This document shows positions 41,869 to 51,819 of a stretch of DNA of 64,000 nt, piece by piece. How positions within the stretch are numbered: position 1 is the first letter of the stretch; every line of letters starts with the position of its first letter. Under the pieces are notes generated by a model. The model saw nothing but the letters and a program-made list of their open reading frames with translations, did no database searches and was not told where the DNA came from. Position numbers and translations under genes: made by a program. The stretch is taken from contig JAJVIP010000011.1 in NCBI GenBank assembly GCA_022072025.1, positions 81,200-145,199 on the forward strand, read 5' to 3'. This stretch comes from Elusimicrobiota bacterium. Its GTDB lineage: Bacteria; Elusimicrobiota; Elusimicrobia; F11.

Positions 41869-43410
41869 TTAGGCGGCACGTTTTCTTTCGAATTCTTCTT
41901 GGAGGGCTCGGATTTGAGAGCGTTTGGCTTCGTGGGCGAGGGCATTTTCGATAGCCAAGGCGGCTCGCCTTGTAAAGGTATCCCCCGCCCCCAATTCAAT
42001 AGAAGAAAATTTTTCAAATCGATTGGTTTTTTCCACTTTTAAAACTCCCAAAATCTCTCCCTGCATGTTTTCCAAAGAAAACATTTTAGGCAATTCGGAT
42101 TCTATGCCGCCTCCTCTCATCAATTGAGCGGGGGGTTGATGGGGACCGTGTTGATAAAGGAGCAATTCAATTTTTTTAGCATCAAGGATGGCGGCTATTC
42201 CATCAAGGAGTGTTTCAAGTGTTTTTTCCACAGATCGCGACGAGGCAATGGTGATCGCCGTCACCCAACTGTTCATTTCCAGGGATTTTCTCAATTCCTT
42301 CATTTGATGAATACGTTGGATGGACATCCCCATGGACTTGGAAACAAATTGAAGAAATTTTAATTCATCAGCCTGAAATGCCTGTTCTTCGGGACTGGCA
42401 GTGAAAAGCACTCCAAAGGGTTCATTTTCTGCGCCCACCAGAGGCAAGCACACATGAGATTTGAACGAGAATTTCTCTGTCGGACATTCGAAATCTTGAT
42501 TTTTATCGTTCAATAAAAAAATTGAGTTGTTGCGCATGACAGGACATGATTGGCAAGGGATTTCTTGCTGGATATCCGTTTGTTCATCTGTCGTAATGGT
42601 TGCGGATTTGAGGGTGGCTCCATCTTGCTGAAGGAATAAAAATCGAGACCAACATTTGAGATCGGGCCCCAAACCTTCATTGATGAGGGTTATGATTTTT
42701 GGCGTTGTGTCATTTTTATCCTTCAAATCGGTTAATCCATTGAGCGCATCAGAAATCAACGTTAAATTTTTTAGTTGGCGAATTTGTTTTTTCTCGAGTT
42801 CATCTTGTTTGCGCAATATGACCAGCGATAAACAGGCGATGCTGGCAGTCAAGAGCATAAAAAAAAGGCGGGCGCCCAAATTTGAAATCATGGCGGGACT
42901 ATGTTCTGTGAGAGAAGAACCCACGACCAGCGCATAGAGCAATACTCCGCCAAACCCACTGTGTATAACAACACCCATGTCTCTGTGAAAAGCGTGTACG
43001 ACCAGTGGAATAAAATAAATGAAATACAGCGGGCTGTTGACCCCTCCTGTGAAATAAACCGCAAGTGACATGGCTACCAAATCAACTGAGGAAAAAATGA
43101 AGTCGAATTTCCTTGGATGAGAGAGCTTTGTGTTGAGTCGCGTTATTGCATATTGCACGATCCCAAAAAACCCAAAAACCATAGAAATCGATGCAAGGGA
43201 AGAAACCGAATTCTGAATCCACAATACAACGCAGGCTAGATAGGTGGGAACAGAGATCCAAATGCGAATCGCATTATCAAACCTGATTTTTCGTTGTCTA
43301 GAACCTAAACTATCAAACGAAGAAAATCCATCAGGGTCATGATGAATGGTGAGATCCAATAAGACGAGATCTTTAACGCGTTTCCAGATATCCATGATTT
43401 TTGGGGCCAA
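41869..43410 (-). CDS. Membrane protein with GAF domain(s), no recognisable output domain
   Basis: About six N-terminal TMs (TGGVNSPLYFIY), then GAF (SHVCLPL...FGVL) and a second short GAF-like segment ending AALAIENA. Confidence 0.7.
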   Translation of the reverse strand: MAPKIMDIWKRVKDLVLLDLTIHHDPDGFSSFDSLGSRQRKIRFDNAIRIWISVPTYLACVVLWIQNSVSSLASISMVFGFFGIVQYAITRLNTKLSHPRKFDFIFSSVDLVAMSLAVYFTGGVNSPLYFIYFIPLVVHAFHRDMGVVIHSGFGGVLLYALVVGSSLTEHSPAMISNLGARLFFMLLTASIACLSLVILRKQDELEKKQIRQLKNLTLISDALNGLTDLKDKNDTTPKIITLINEGLGPDLKCWSRFLFLQQDGATLKSATITTDEQTDIQQEIPCQSCPVMRNNSIFLLNDKNQDFECPTEKFSFKSHVCLPLVGAENEPFGVLFTASPEEQAFQADELKFLQFVSKSMGMSIQRIHQMKELRKSLEMNSWVTAITIASSRSVEKTLETLLDGIAAILDAKKIELLLYQHGPHQPPAQLMRGGGIESELPKMFSLENMQGEILGVLKVEKTNRFEKFSSIELGAGDTFTRRAALAIENALAHEAKRSQIRALQEEFERKRAA

Positions 43411-43517
43411 TTAACCCGTGGTTTAGTGTAGCGTGAGATGGCGAATAATCAAGCAAACGATCTTGCGGGCGCGCAAAAAACACCCCTACTTTTCAATTCG
43501 TTTATTCGGGGTGGGGC

Positions 43518-44021
43518 CTATTTGACTTTGCGTCGGAAAATGTCGGTGTCAAGGTTGATAACCCGATCTAAAAACAACATCCCATGCAGGTGATCAATTT
43601 CATGCTGAAAAGCCAAAGCTTCGAAACCATGGGCTCGAAAAACATGAGATTCTCCCCTCACAGATTGGGTTTCAACTAAGACCGTTTCGAATCTTCGAAC
43701 ATTTCCCAGCAAATCCGGTACCGACAAACATCCCTCGCGGGGATTCTGAATCCCATGTCCTTCGATGAGACGGGGATTAATAAGAATCACAAATCCATTG
43801 TGGCTGGAGGGCCCTTTTGTTCTCGCTCGAGAAATATCAATGACACTGACCTGTAAGGGAATCCCAATCTGAGGCGCCGCCAGTCCCACTCCCGGAGAAG
43901 AGGCCATTGTGTCGGTGAGATCCGTGATAAGCTGCCGAAGATCGGCCCCAAATTTTTCTACTGGCTTGCAGGGTTTCGCCAATATTGGATCGGGAAATAA
44001 TCTTATAGGGTGAACCGACAT
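43518..44021 (-). CDS. def: Peptide deformylase
   Basis: GVGLAAPQIG, EGCLS, QHEIDHL. Confidence 0.96.
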   Translation of the reverse strand: MSVHPIRLFPDPILAKPCKPVEKFGADLRQLITDLTDTMASSPGVGLAAPQIGIPLQVSVIDISRARTKGPSSHNGFVILINPRLIEGHGIQNPREGCLSVPDLLGNVRRFETVLVETQSVRGESHVFRAHGFEALAFQHEIDHLHGMLFLDRVINLDTDIFRRKVK

Positions 44022-44551
44022 CAAAGCGTCAGATTATTTAGTGGCTCGAAACCAATTTTAACCCTCAATTTGGTTCCCAATTTTTTTAATCCCAACTTGA
44101 TTGAAGGAAGCCAGTTTTTCTCGAGGGTCTCCCCCTCAATAAAAAGAATATATCCATGTGACTGGCCTAAACCAGAACGGTGAGACCTTAGGTCTGTGAT
44201 GTTGAATTTTTTTTTCGCTAAAAAATCTGTTATGTGAAAAACAAGACCCGGCTGATCCTTACCGTGCACGCGAATGATATAGGAATCTTTTTTGGCGGGT
44301 TGAAATTGAGCTTGTTGCTTTGTGATTTTCCTAATCCCCAGCTTCATACCAAAGGAATTCTTTTTAAAAATGAATTTTTTTTCAGCAAGGTTTTTTCTCG
44401 ATGTGAATATGAGAAACATCGCAAACTCAGATCCCAAGCGCATCATAGAGGAGTCTTCAAGATTGCAATTTAAATCAAAGAGAATTTTTGTGATTTGCGC
44501 CACGAATCCCGGATGGTCCTGCCCCGAAGCCGATAAAAGGTAATAATTCAT
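44021..44551 (-). CDS. Tandem ACT-domain protein (GcvR-like)
   Basis: GQDHPGFVA...NLEDSSM and GKDQPGLV...NITDL. Confidence 0.85.
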   Translation of the reverse strand: MNYYLLSASGQDHPGFVAQITKILFDLNCNLEDSSMMRLGSEFAMFLIFTSRKNLAEKKFIFKKNSFGMKLGIRKITKQQAQFQPAKKDSYIIRVHGKDQPGLVFHITDFLAKKKFNITDLRSHRSGLGQSHGYILFIEGETLEKNWLPSIKLGLKKLGTKLRVKIGFEPLNNLTL

Positions 44552-44645
44552 TAACCGACAATACAAAAATTATATTGAGGGCTTCTTTCCGACGGAATTT
44601 GATATATTCCCCGCTTCATTTTTCTGTTTTAAATTGCGATAGATT

Positions 44646-45704
44646 TTGGAGGATGTAACCAGAATGACTGTTGGAACCGCTGTAAATAAAAAGACATACA
44701 ATGTTGCTGTTGTTGGCGCTACCGGGGCGGTGGGGCTGGAAATGGTTCGAATGCTCGAAAACCGAAAATTTCCGATCAAATCTCTTCGATTATTTGCCAG
44801 TGAAAAATCAGCGGGAAGAAAAATAAAATTTAATAAAAAACAAGTATGTGTTGAAATACTTGATAGTGAATTACTTTCAGGATTAGATGTCGCCATATTC
44901 TCTGCGGGAGCAACGGTTTCCAAAGAATTCGCACCGATTTTTGCTGAAAAAGGAATTTTTGTTATTGATAATTCCAGTGCCTGGAGAATGGATCCAGAAA
45001 TTCCATTGGTTGTTCCAGAAGTTAATCCTCATGCTCTCGCCCGGGAAAAAAAAATTATTGCCAATCCCAATTGTTCAACCATTCAAATGGTGGTTGCCTT
45101 GAAGCCAATCCATGATGCGGTAAAAATTAAAACCATACGTGTAGCCACCTACCAAGCTGTTTCTGGTGCAGGAGCGAAAGGGATTCACGAACTTGAGAAC
45201 CAATCCAAAGCCTGGGCCTCTGGAAAAAAGATTCCCCCCTCCGCCAAATTTCCTCATCAAATTGGATTTAACTTGATTCCCCAAATTGATGTGTTTACGG
45301 ACAATGGTTACACCAAAGAAGAAATGAAAATGGTTAACGAAACGCGGAAAATAATGGAATCTCCAGAAATGGAAATTTCTGCCACCTGTGTGCGGGTGCC
45401 CGTATTTCGTTCCCATTCTGAAGCAGTGTGGATTGAAACCGAAAATCCTATCAGCCCCCAGCAAGCCCGCATGTTGTTGTCAAAAGCGCCTGGAGTGGTT
45501 CTGCAGGATGAACCAGAAAAGTCTCTATATCCCATGCCTTTGGCCGCCCAGGATCAACAAATTACCTATGTGGGTAGAATTCGACAGGATCTTATTTCTC
45601 CCAATGGCCTCTCTCTTTGGGTGGTATCCGATAATTTGTTGAAGGGAGCAGCTCTCAATGCGGTTGAAATTGCCGAACTGCTGGTCAATCAAGGCATTCT
45701 TTGA
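44646..45704 (+). CDS. asd: Aspartate-semialdehyde dehydrogenase
   Basis: GATGAVG, ANPNCST, YQAVSGAG, DNLLKGAALN. Confidence 0.96.
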   Translation: MEDVTRMTVGTAVNKKTYNVAVVGATGAVGLEMVRMLENRKFPIKSLRLFASEKSAGRKIKFNKKQVCVEILDSELLSGLDVAIFSAGATVSKEFAPIFAEKGIFVIDNSSAWRMDPEIPLVVPEVNPHALAREKKIIANPNCSTIQMVVALKPIHDAVKIKTIRVATYQAVSGAGAKGIHELENQSKAWASGKKIPPSAKFPHQIGFNLIPQIDVFTDNGYTKEEMKMVNETRKIMESPEMEISATCVRVPVFRSHSEAVWIETENPISPQQARMLLSKAPGVVLQDEPEKSLYPMPLAAQDQQITYVGRIRQDLISPNGLSLWVVSDNLLKGAALNAVEIAELLVNQGIL

Positions 45705-45720
45705 TGTTCCACGTGGAACA
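45705..45720. other. parS: parS centromere-like site
   Basis: Perfect palindrome TGTTCCACGTGGAACA, intergenic, about 18 kb from oriC. Confidence 0.88.
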
Positions 45721-45799
45721 ATGAGTGAGCGCCTTTATTGTTTTTCCACATTCAATCGTTTTAATTATTCAAAATAGGTTTTTTTGAGGAGGATGTGAC

Positions 45800-46969
45800 A
45801 TGAAGTTTCAAAAATTTACCGGGATATCTATAGGAATAATTTTCTGTGGATATTCCATGGGTTTTTCAGAAACCATCGGAAAAAGCATTGCCACAGTGAA
45901 TGGGGAGGCGATTTTTTCAGGTGAGTTTGAAAATAATTTTGAGGCGCTGTTGGAACAACAAAAGAAAATGGCTCCAGCTGAAACTCCAACAACAGAATGG
46001 AAGAATGCCAATAAAAAACTATTACTGGATCAAATGATTGAGGAAAAACTTCTGCTTCAGGAGGCCAACAAAAAAAAGATTGTCGTTCCAAAACGACAGC
46101 TTGAGGAAGGGATCCTTCAAGTAAAAAATCGTTTCAAAACTTTATCTCCTGGGGCCAAACCCACCAAAGAGGATTTTGAACGAGAGTTAACCCCCAATGA
46201 AAATAAAGAATTTCTTGAAGAACTCAAACAGCAAGGGATCACAGAAAAAGAATTTGAAAATAAAATCAACGATCAATTAAAAGTGCTGCGGCTAACCGAA
46301 GATGAAATTCGTAGCAAAGTGGCCATTCCTGTTAAGGAGAATTCATCAGCTGAAAATGAGCCAAAAGAACTAACGCCTCAGTACGAAAAAGAGGCACGAG
46401 AACTCTACGCGGAAATTGAAAAGAAGTTCACTATCAAGGATTTTAAGCCTGATCCCGATAATGAAATTGACCAAATTGTTGAGGTGTTAAAGTCCAAGCT
46501 CGGGGAGTCTATTCATGCTCGCCACATTCTGGTGAAATCAGAACGCACCGATGATTTTAAAAAACGTCAAGCGGCCTTGGCCAAGGCCCAAGCGATTAAA
46601 AAAGAGTTGGACAAGGGAGCGGACTTTATTGACCTGGCCAATAAGAAATCCGAAGGCCCCAGCTCAAAAAATGGAGGAGATTTGGGGTTTTTTTCCCGAG
46701 GACAAATGACACCAGAATTCGAAAAAGCCGCCTTTGGTTTGCCTGTGGGAGGGATTTCAGACGTTGTTGAAACTGAATTTGGTTACCATATTATTATGGT
46801 GGAGGAGAAAAAGGCCGCCAAAAGGCTGCGTTTTGATGATATCAAGCTTGATTTGGCCGGTTACTTGTATCAAAAGCAAATGAAAGATCGATATGATCAG
46901 TATGTTTCCGAGCTCAGGAAGAAAGCTGATATTAAAATTCTTTTAAACCTCGAGGGTGAAAAGGGGTAA
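45800..46969 (+). CDS. SurA/PrsA-family parvulin peptidyl-prolyl isomerase
   Basis: Signal peptide, IATVNGE, HARHILV, GGDLGFF, ETEFGYHII. Confidence 0.9.
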   Translation: MKFQKFTGISIGIIFCGYSMGFSETIGKSIATVNGEAIFSGEFENNFEALLEQQKKMAPAETPTTEWKNANKKLLLDQMIEEKLLLQEANKKKIVVPKRQLEEGILQVKNRFKTLSPGAKPTKEDFERELTPNENKEFLEELKQQGITEKEFENKINDQLKVLRLTEDEIRSKVAIPVKENSSAENEPKELTPQYEKEARELYAEIEKKFTIKDFKPDPDNEIDQIVEVLKSKLGESIHARHILVKSERTDDFKKRQAALAKAQAIKKELDKGADFIDLANKKSEGPSSKNGGDLGFFSRGQMTPEFEKAAFGLPVGGISDVVETEFGYHIIMVEEKKAAKRLRFDDIKLDLAGYLYQKQMKDRYDQYVSELRKKADIKILLNLEGEKG

Positions 46970-47014
46970 AAAATTCTTGACCAGCGAATTGATTAATTGT
47001 ATGAACCTCGGCCT

Positions 47015-47473
47015 ATGTTGAATAAAACTTTTCAGCCCACCCAATCTTCGATCAAACGCCAATGGCATTTGGTGGATGCGAACAATCAGGTGTTGGGCCG
47101 CCTGGCCTGTGATATTTCTAAGAAGCTCGTCGGAAAAAATAAAAGCTTTTTTGCCCCTCATGTTGATTGCGGAGATTTTGTGGTGGTGGTAAACGCCGAA
47201 GGCATTCGCGTCACAGGCAATAACAAACCGGTTCAGAAAATAGATTTCCGCCATTCGGGATATCCCGGAGGAGCAACAATTACTCCTTATGATGAATTTT
47301 TAAGAAAAAAACCCCAGCGTGCCATTGAATTGGCAGTTTCGGGAATGCTCCCGAAAAACAAATTGCGCGGTCGGCAGATGACCCGTCTTAAAATCTATAA
47401 AGGCGCCACTCATCCTCATGGTGCACAATTTGCCTCAAAAAAATTATCAGCTACTCCATCCAGCAAAGGTTAA
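47015..47473 (+). CDS. rplM: 50S ribosomal protein L13
   Basis: WHLVDA...LGRLA, PHVDCGD, HSGYPGG, GMLPKN. Confidence 0.97.
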   Translation: MLNKTFQPTQSSIKRQWHLVDANNQVLGRLACDISKKLVGKNKSFFAPHVDCGDFVVVVNAEGIRVTGNNKPVQKIDFRHSGYPGGATITPYDEFLRKKPQRAIELAVSGMLPKNKLRGRQMTRLKIYKGATHPHGAQFASKKLSATPSSKG

Positions 47474-47487
47474 AAGGTCTTCATTTC

Positions 47488-47904
47488 ATGGCAACAACCA
47501 CTGTCACTTCAGTATCATTTCCACTTTGGACAACAGGCCGCCGCAAGGAAAGCGTGGCGCGTGTTCGAGTCATTCAAGGTACCGGCCAACTTCTCATTAA
47601 CAACAAATCGGTGAATGAATATTTTGGCGGACATCCTCGCGCCAAAGCGGATGCTACTGCTCCGCTCCATCACGCCCGAGGAGCCAATGCAATGGATTTT
47701 CATATTACTGTTGTAGGTGGAGGAGTTACCGGACAATCGGGAGCTGTTCGTCACGGTATCGCTCGGGCCATTGTGGCTTTAGAACCCAATTTGAGAACAA
47801 TTCTTCACAAAGAAGGGCTTTTGACGCGAGACCCCCGCATGGTTGAACGCAAAAAGCCTGGGCAGCCCAAGGCCCGTCGTCGTTTCCAACATTCCAAACG
47901 ATAA
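47488..47904 (+). CDS. rpsI: 30S ribosomal protein S9
   Basis: TGRRKESVARV, GGGVTGQ, LTRDPRMVERKK. Confidence 0.97.
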   Translation: MATTTVTSVSFPLWTTGRRKESVARVRVIQGTGQLLINNKSVNEYFGGHPRAKADATAPLHHARGANAMDFHITVVGGGVTGQSGAVRHGIARAIVALEPNLRTILHKEGLLTRDPRMVERKKPGQPKARRRFQHSKR

Positions 47905-48802
47905 ATCACAAACTCTCGCTGATTCGTACGAATCTCGTGGAAATGCTCACCAACAAGCGGGACGTTTTCGAGAAGCTCGTCAATTCTATGAGAAGTGGTT
48001 TCAACTAAAACCCAGCTTCGAATCCGCTTGTCGACTTGGAGATGTCTGCCGCCAAGTCGAAGATTTCAAGGTTGCTCTTCGGTGGTATAAAAAGGGGGAG
48101 GAGTTCTCTCTCCGCCACGGAACATCACGAGAATGGACGGATGCTCAATTGGGAAAAGCCATGTGCATTCGGGGTTTGGGAAAATACCAACAAGCCCTAT
48201 CTCTTCTTAAAAAGTGTTTATCTGCCTATAAAAAATCCAAAGACATAGAAGGAGAAGCCTATGTTCTTTGGGCCTTGGGAACCACTCACAGATTTGCCTG
48301 TCAATTCGCACAAGCAGAAAAACAACTTCGTCTCAGCGTGGAGAAATACTCTTTATTAAAGGATCCCAGTGGCTTGGCCTACGCGCGGGCTGGCTTAGGG
48401 GGAACCCTTCGAATGAGAGGAAAACCACAAGAGTCCTTTCATTTGTATCAAAAGGCGAGTCAATTTTTTTCGCAGGCCAAAGACCATTTTGGAATTGCTT
48501 ATTCCAGTTGTGGTCAGGGAAATGCTCTTCGAATGATGGGTTTTTCTGACAAAGCCTTGCCGTATATGAACAAAGCTATCCGAATTTATAAAGCCCTTCG
48601 TTTACGAGGCCCTCTGGGTTTTGTGCTCTGGAGCCGATCTCAAGCCTTTCTTGCCTTGAAGAAAAGAGATCAAGCCCAACGGGATCTTCAAGAAGCACGG
48701 CGTCAATTCCTTTTGGTTAAAGATAGAAGGGGACTGAAATACTGCGTTTTGGGCCATCGTCAACTTCAAAAAAAGCCTTGCAAGATTATCCAAATCCCTT
48801 AA
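47843..48802 (+). CDS. Tetratricopeptide repeat protein (start uncertain; the tracked start overlaps rpsI)
   Basis: Repeated 40-aa units such as D..G.AY....LG...R..G....A...Y..A. Confidence 0.8.
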   Translation: MNAKSLGSPRPVVVSNIPNDKSQTLADSYESRGNAHQQAGRFREARQFYEKWFQLKPSFESACRLGDVCRQVEDFKVALRWYKKGEEFSLRHGTSREWTDAQLGKAMCIRGLGKYQQALSLLKKCLSAYKKSKDIEGEAYVLWALGTTHRFACQFAQAEKQLRLSVEKYSLLKDPSGLAYARAGLGGTLRMRGKPQESFHLYQKASQFFSQAKDHFGIAYSSCGQGNALRMMGFSDKALPYMNKAIRIYKALRLRGPLGFVLWSRSQAFLALKKRDQAQRDLQEARRQFLLVKDRRGLKYCVLGHRQLQKKPCKIIQIP

Positions 48803-48859
48803 AGTAAAAGCGTTCCATAAATCGCATTATTTTGATGTATTTACGTCAGGAGGATTCTT

Positions 48860-49147
48860 GTGAAGAAGAATGAATTGATCGACAGGGTTACCCATGAAGC
48901 TCGTCTCCGTCGTTCAGAAGCTATTCGGGCAGTCAAGGCTGTGGTTTCATCTATTCGGGCCACCATATCGGAGGGGGGGAAAATTTCTTTGTCCGGATTG
49001 GGGACCTTTAAGGTGAAATCGAGAAAAGCCCGGCCAGGGCGCAATCCCAAAACAGGAGAGACGATTCAAATTCCTGTGGGCCGAAAAATTTCTTTTAAGC
49101 CCAGCTTGGCTTTGAAGAAACTCGTTAAAACGCCCAGTTCTTTCTAA
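48860..49147 (+). CDS. hup: HU family DNA-binding protein
   Basis: KNELI, GLGTF, GRNPKTGE, FKPS. Confidence 0.93.
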   Translation: MKKNELIDRVTHEARLRRSEAIRAVKAVVSSIRATISEGGKISLSGLGTFKVKSRKARPGRNPKTGETIQIPVGRKISFKPSLALKKLVKTPSSF

Positions 49148-49276
49148 ATCGGTTTTTTTAAATTCGTGAGACCTGCTCAGACGTAAGAGGAGGTCGTCAC
49201 CATTGTGGCGCCACCCGTCGATTGCCGGGTCTGAACGCGTCAATTTGGGATTCTATTTTATTAGAATCCTCACCCC

Positions 49277-50515
49277 ATGATCGCCGCTCCCCAGAAACTT
49301 AAGAATCTACCTCCTTATATATTTGGAAGGATCAAAACTCTAGGCTTAGAGGCCGCCGCCAATCGACTGGATGTTATTGATCTTTCCATGGGAAATCCTG
49401 ATTTGCCAACTCCACAGCCGATCATCGATCGTTTGGTGGATACCGTTTCTCACCATCCCAGAACGCATCGTTACCCACAAGCGAAAGGCATGCCGAAATT
49501 TCGCAAGGCTGTGGCGGATTGGATGAAGAAGAGATTTGACGTTTCAATTAATCCCGAGAGTGAAGTTTGTTCGTTGATTGGATCTAAAGAAGGAATTGCA
49601 AATCTGTGCCAATCCTATTTGAGAGCGGGGGACATTGCCTTGGTTCCAAGTCCCTGCTATCCAGTTCATTTTTATGGGGTGGTTTTGTCCCAGGGAGTGC
49701 CTCATTTGCTGCCGATCAACGAACAAAACAATTATCTTCCCGAACTTGAAAAGATTCCCGAAAAAATCGCACGGCGAGCAAAAATATTCTTTTTAAATTA
49801 TCCAAACAATCCCACCGCCGCGGTTATCGAGGATACGCACTACTTAAAAGAAGTCATTCGTTTCGCAAAAAAATATGGGATTTTGGTTTGTTACGATAAC
49901 GCCTATTCGGAAATCGCTTTTGATGGATATCGCCCCATCAGTTTCTTCGAAATTCCCGGCGCGAGAGATGTGGGACTCGAATTCCATTCCTTTTCCAAAA
50001 CTTTCAACATGGCAGGATGGCGGTTGGGTTGGGCGTGTGGACCAGAAAAATTATTGGGCCCATTGGTGAAATTCAAATCCTATATTGATTATGGCGCACC
50101 CACTTTTATTCAACTTTCAGGAGTCAAAGCTCTTGAAATATGGCCGGGGTGCGTGAATGAATTGGTTTCTATTTATCAGACAAGGCGAGACTATTTACAC
50201 GAAGGTCTGACCGCTTTGGGATGGACGGTCAAAAAACCCAAGGCCACCATGTATCTTTGGGCGGAAATACCTGAACCGTATAAAAAATTGGGTTCTCTTA
50301 AATTTTGTGAAAAGTTGATCAAAGAAACCGGGATTGCCTTATCTCCCGGAGTCGGATTTGGGGAGGCTGGCGAGGGTTATGTCCGCTTTGCCTTGGTGAC
50401 AAGGAACAGTCGTCTCTATGATTTATTGGTTCGATTAAAAAAATTCCAAGGAATTTCTGGCGTGAACATCCGAAAACCCAAGGGTCCAGAAGTCAAAGGA
50501 TCGATGTCCGAATGA
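49277..50515 (+). CDS. Class I/II PLP aminotransferase (AlaC/DapL-like)
   Basis: LPPYIF, GSKEG, NYPNNPT, DNAY, SFSKTFNMAGWR. Confidence 0.88.
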   Translation: MIAAPQKLKNLPPYIFGRIKTLGLEAAANRLDVIDLSMGNPDLPTPQPIIDRLVDTVSHHPRTHRYPQAKGMPKFRKAVADWMKKRFDVSINPESEVCSLIGSKEGIANLCQSYLRAGDIALVPSPCYPVHFYGVVLSQGVPHLLPINEQNNYLPELEKIPEKIARRAKIFFLNYPNNPTAAVIEDTHYLKEVIRFAKKYGILVCYDNAYSEIAFDGYRPISFFEIPGARDVGLEFHSFSKTFNMAGWRLGWACGPEKLLGPLVKFKSYIDYGAPTFIQLSGVKALEIWPGCVNELVSIYQTRRDYLHEGLTALGWTVKKPKATMYLWAEIPEPYKKLGSLKFCEKLIKETGIALSPGVGFGEAGEGYVRFALVTRNSRLYDLLVRLKKFQGISGVNIRKPKGPEVKGSMSE

Positions 50516-51816
50516 AAGAAAAAGTGACGCTTGGTTTAATTGGATTTGGTGTCGTCGGCAGTGGAACTGTTGAACTGTTAAGACGACAGAAACAGGACAT
50601 TGAGTCATGCGTTGGGGCTCCGGTGGAACTGAAATGGATTTGTAGCCGAAGTCGAAAACGTTCTCCCCTTATTGATCGGGGCGTTCACCAAACGAAGGAT
50701 TGGAAAGTGGTGGTTGCGGATCCCGAGGTCGATTGTGTTGTGGAGCTGATGGGGGGAACTGATCCCGCTAAAAAAGTGGTTCTTTCCGCTCTCAAACACG
50801 GTAAACATGTGGTCACTGCCAACAAATCGATCCTCTCGGAATATTGGAACGAAATTTTTGAACTCGCGCATGAACGCCGACGGTTGGTTTATTTTGAGGC
50901 TGCGGTCGGGGGCGGTGTTCCAGTGGTGCAAGCACTCAACGAGGGTTTGGCGGGCAATGAAATCTATAAGATTGTCGGAATTTTGAATGGAACCACCAAT
51001 TTCATTTTGACCAAGATGCAGGAATCCAACATGAGCTTTAAGGCGGCGCTTAAATTGGCTCAAGCGGCCGGATATACGGAGGCCGATCCTTCTTTTGATA
51101 TTGAAGGCGTTGATGCTGCCCAAAAAGTTTCAATTTTGGGTTCTGTGGCCACCGGTCAATGGGTTCCGCCTTCCCAAATTTACTCAGAAGGCATATCTCA
51201 TCTTCAATCGGTGGACCTTCGTCTTATCAAAGATCGCATTCATGGAACCATTAAATTGCTGGGAATCGCGGAAAAAACCGAAGATGGCTGGGTTTTCCGG
51301 GTTCATCCCACCTTGGTGGCGCGCACGCATCCCTTTGCCAATGTACGCAACGAATACAATGCCATTGCGTTTCATGGCTCCGCGGTGGGCGACGTGATGC
51401 TCTATGGTAAGGGAGCCGGGCGGTTGCCCACCTCAAGTGCCGTCATATCAGACATCATTTTTCTTTCGCGTCAGATTGCCAATGGCACGGCGGGCCAGTT
51501 GCCTTATTTGAGTCGGTTGGCTCGAAAGCCCATCAAATTTGCGGACATGGCGAGTGTTCAATCCCGCTATTACTTGAGGGTGACAACAGTGGACCGGCCC
51601 GGTGTGTTGGCCACCATCACCGGTATCTTGGGAAAAAATCAAGTATCGATTGCTTCTGTTCATCAGGACACTTTTGAAGACTCCAGTTATAAGAAGTCTG
51701 TGCCGATTACCTTATTGACTCATATGACACGTGAGGCAGATATTCAGGCGTCGGTCAAAGCCATCAATGATTTGTCGGCTATTAAAGCGCCCACCGTTTT
51801 ACTGCGCATGGAATAA
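50512..51816 (+). CDS. hom: Homoserine dehydrogenase with ACT domain
   Basis: GFGVVG, VVTANK, FEAAVGGG, GILNGTTNFIL, DRPGVLA. Confidence 0.96.
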   Translation: MKEKVTLGLIGFGVVGSGTVELLRRQKQDIESCVGAPVELKWICSRSRKRSPLIDRGVHQTKDWKVVVADPEVDCVVELMGGTDPAKKVVLSALKHGKHVVTANKSILSEYWNEIFELAHERRRLVYFEAAVGGGVPVVQALNEGLAGNEIYKIVGILNGTTNFILTKMQESNMSFKAALKLAQAAGYTEADPSFDIEGVDAAQKVSILGSVATGQWVPPSQIYSEGISHLQSVDLRLIKDRIHGTIKLLGIAEKTEDGWVFRVHPTLVARTHPFANVRNEYNAIAFHGSAVGDVMLYGKGAGRLPTSSAVISDIIFLSRQIANGTAGQLPYLSRLARKPIKFADMASVQSRYYLRVTTVDRPGVLATITGILGKNQVSIASVHQDTFEDSSYKKSVPITLLTHMTREADIQASVKAINDLSAIKAPTVLLRME

Positions 51817-51819
51817 TTG

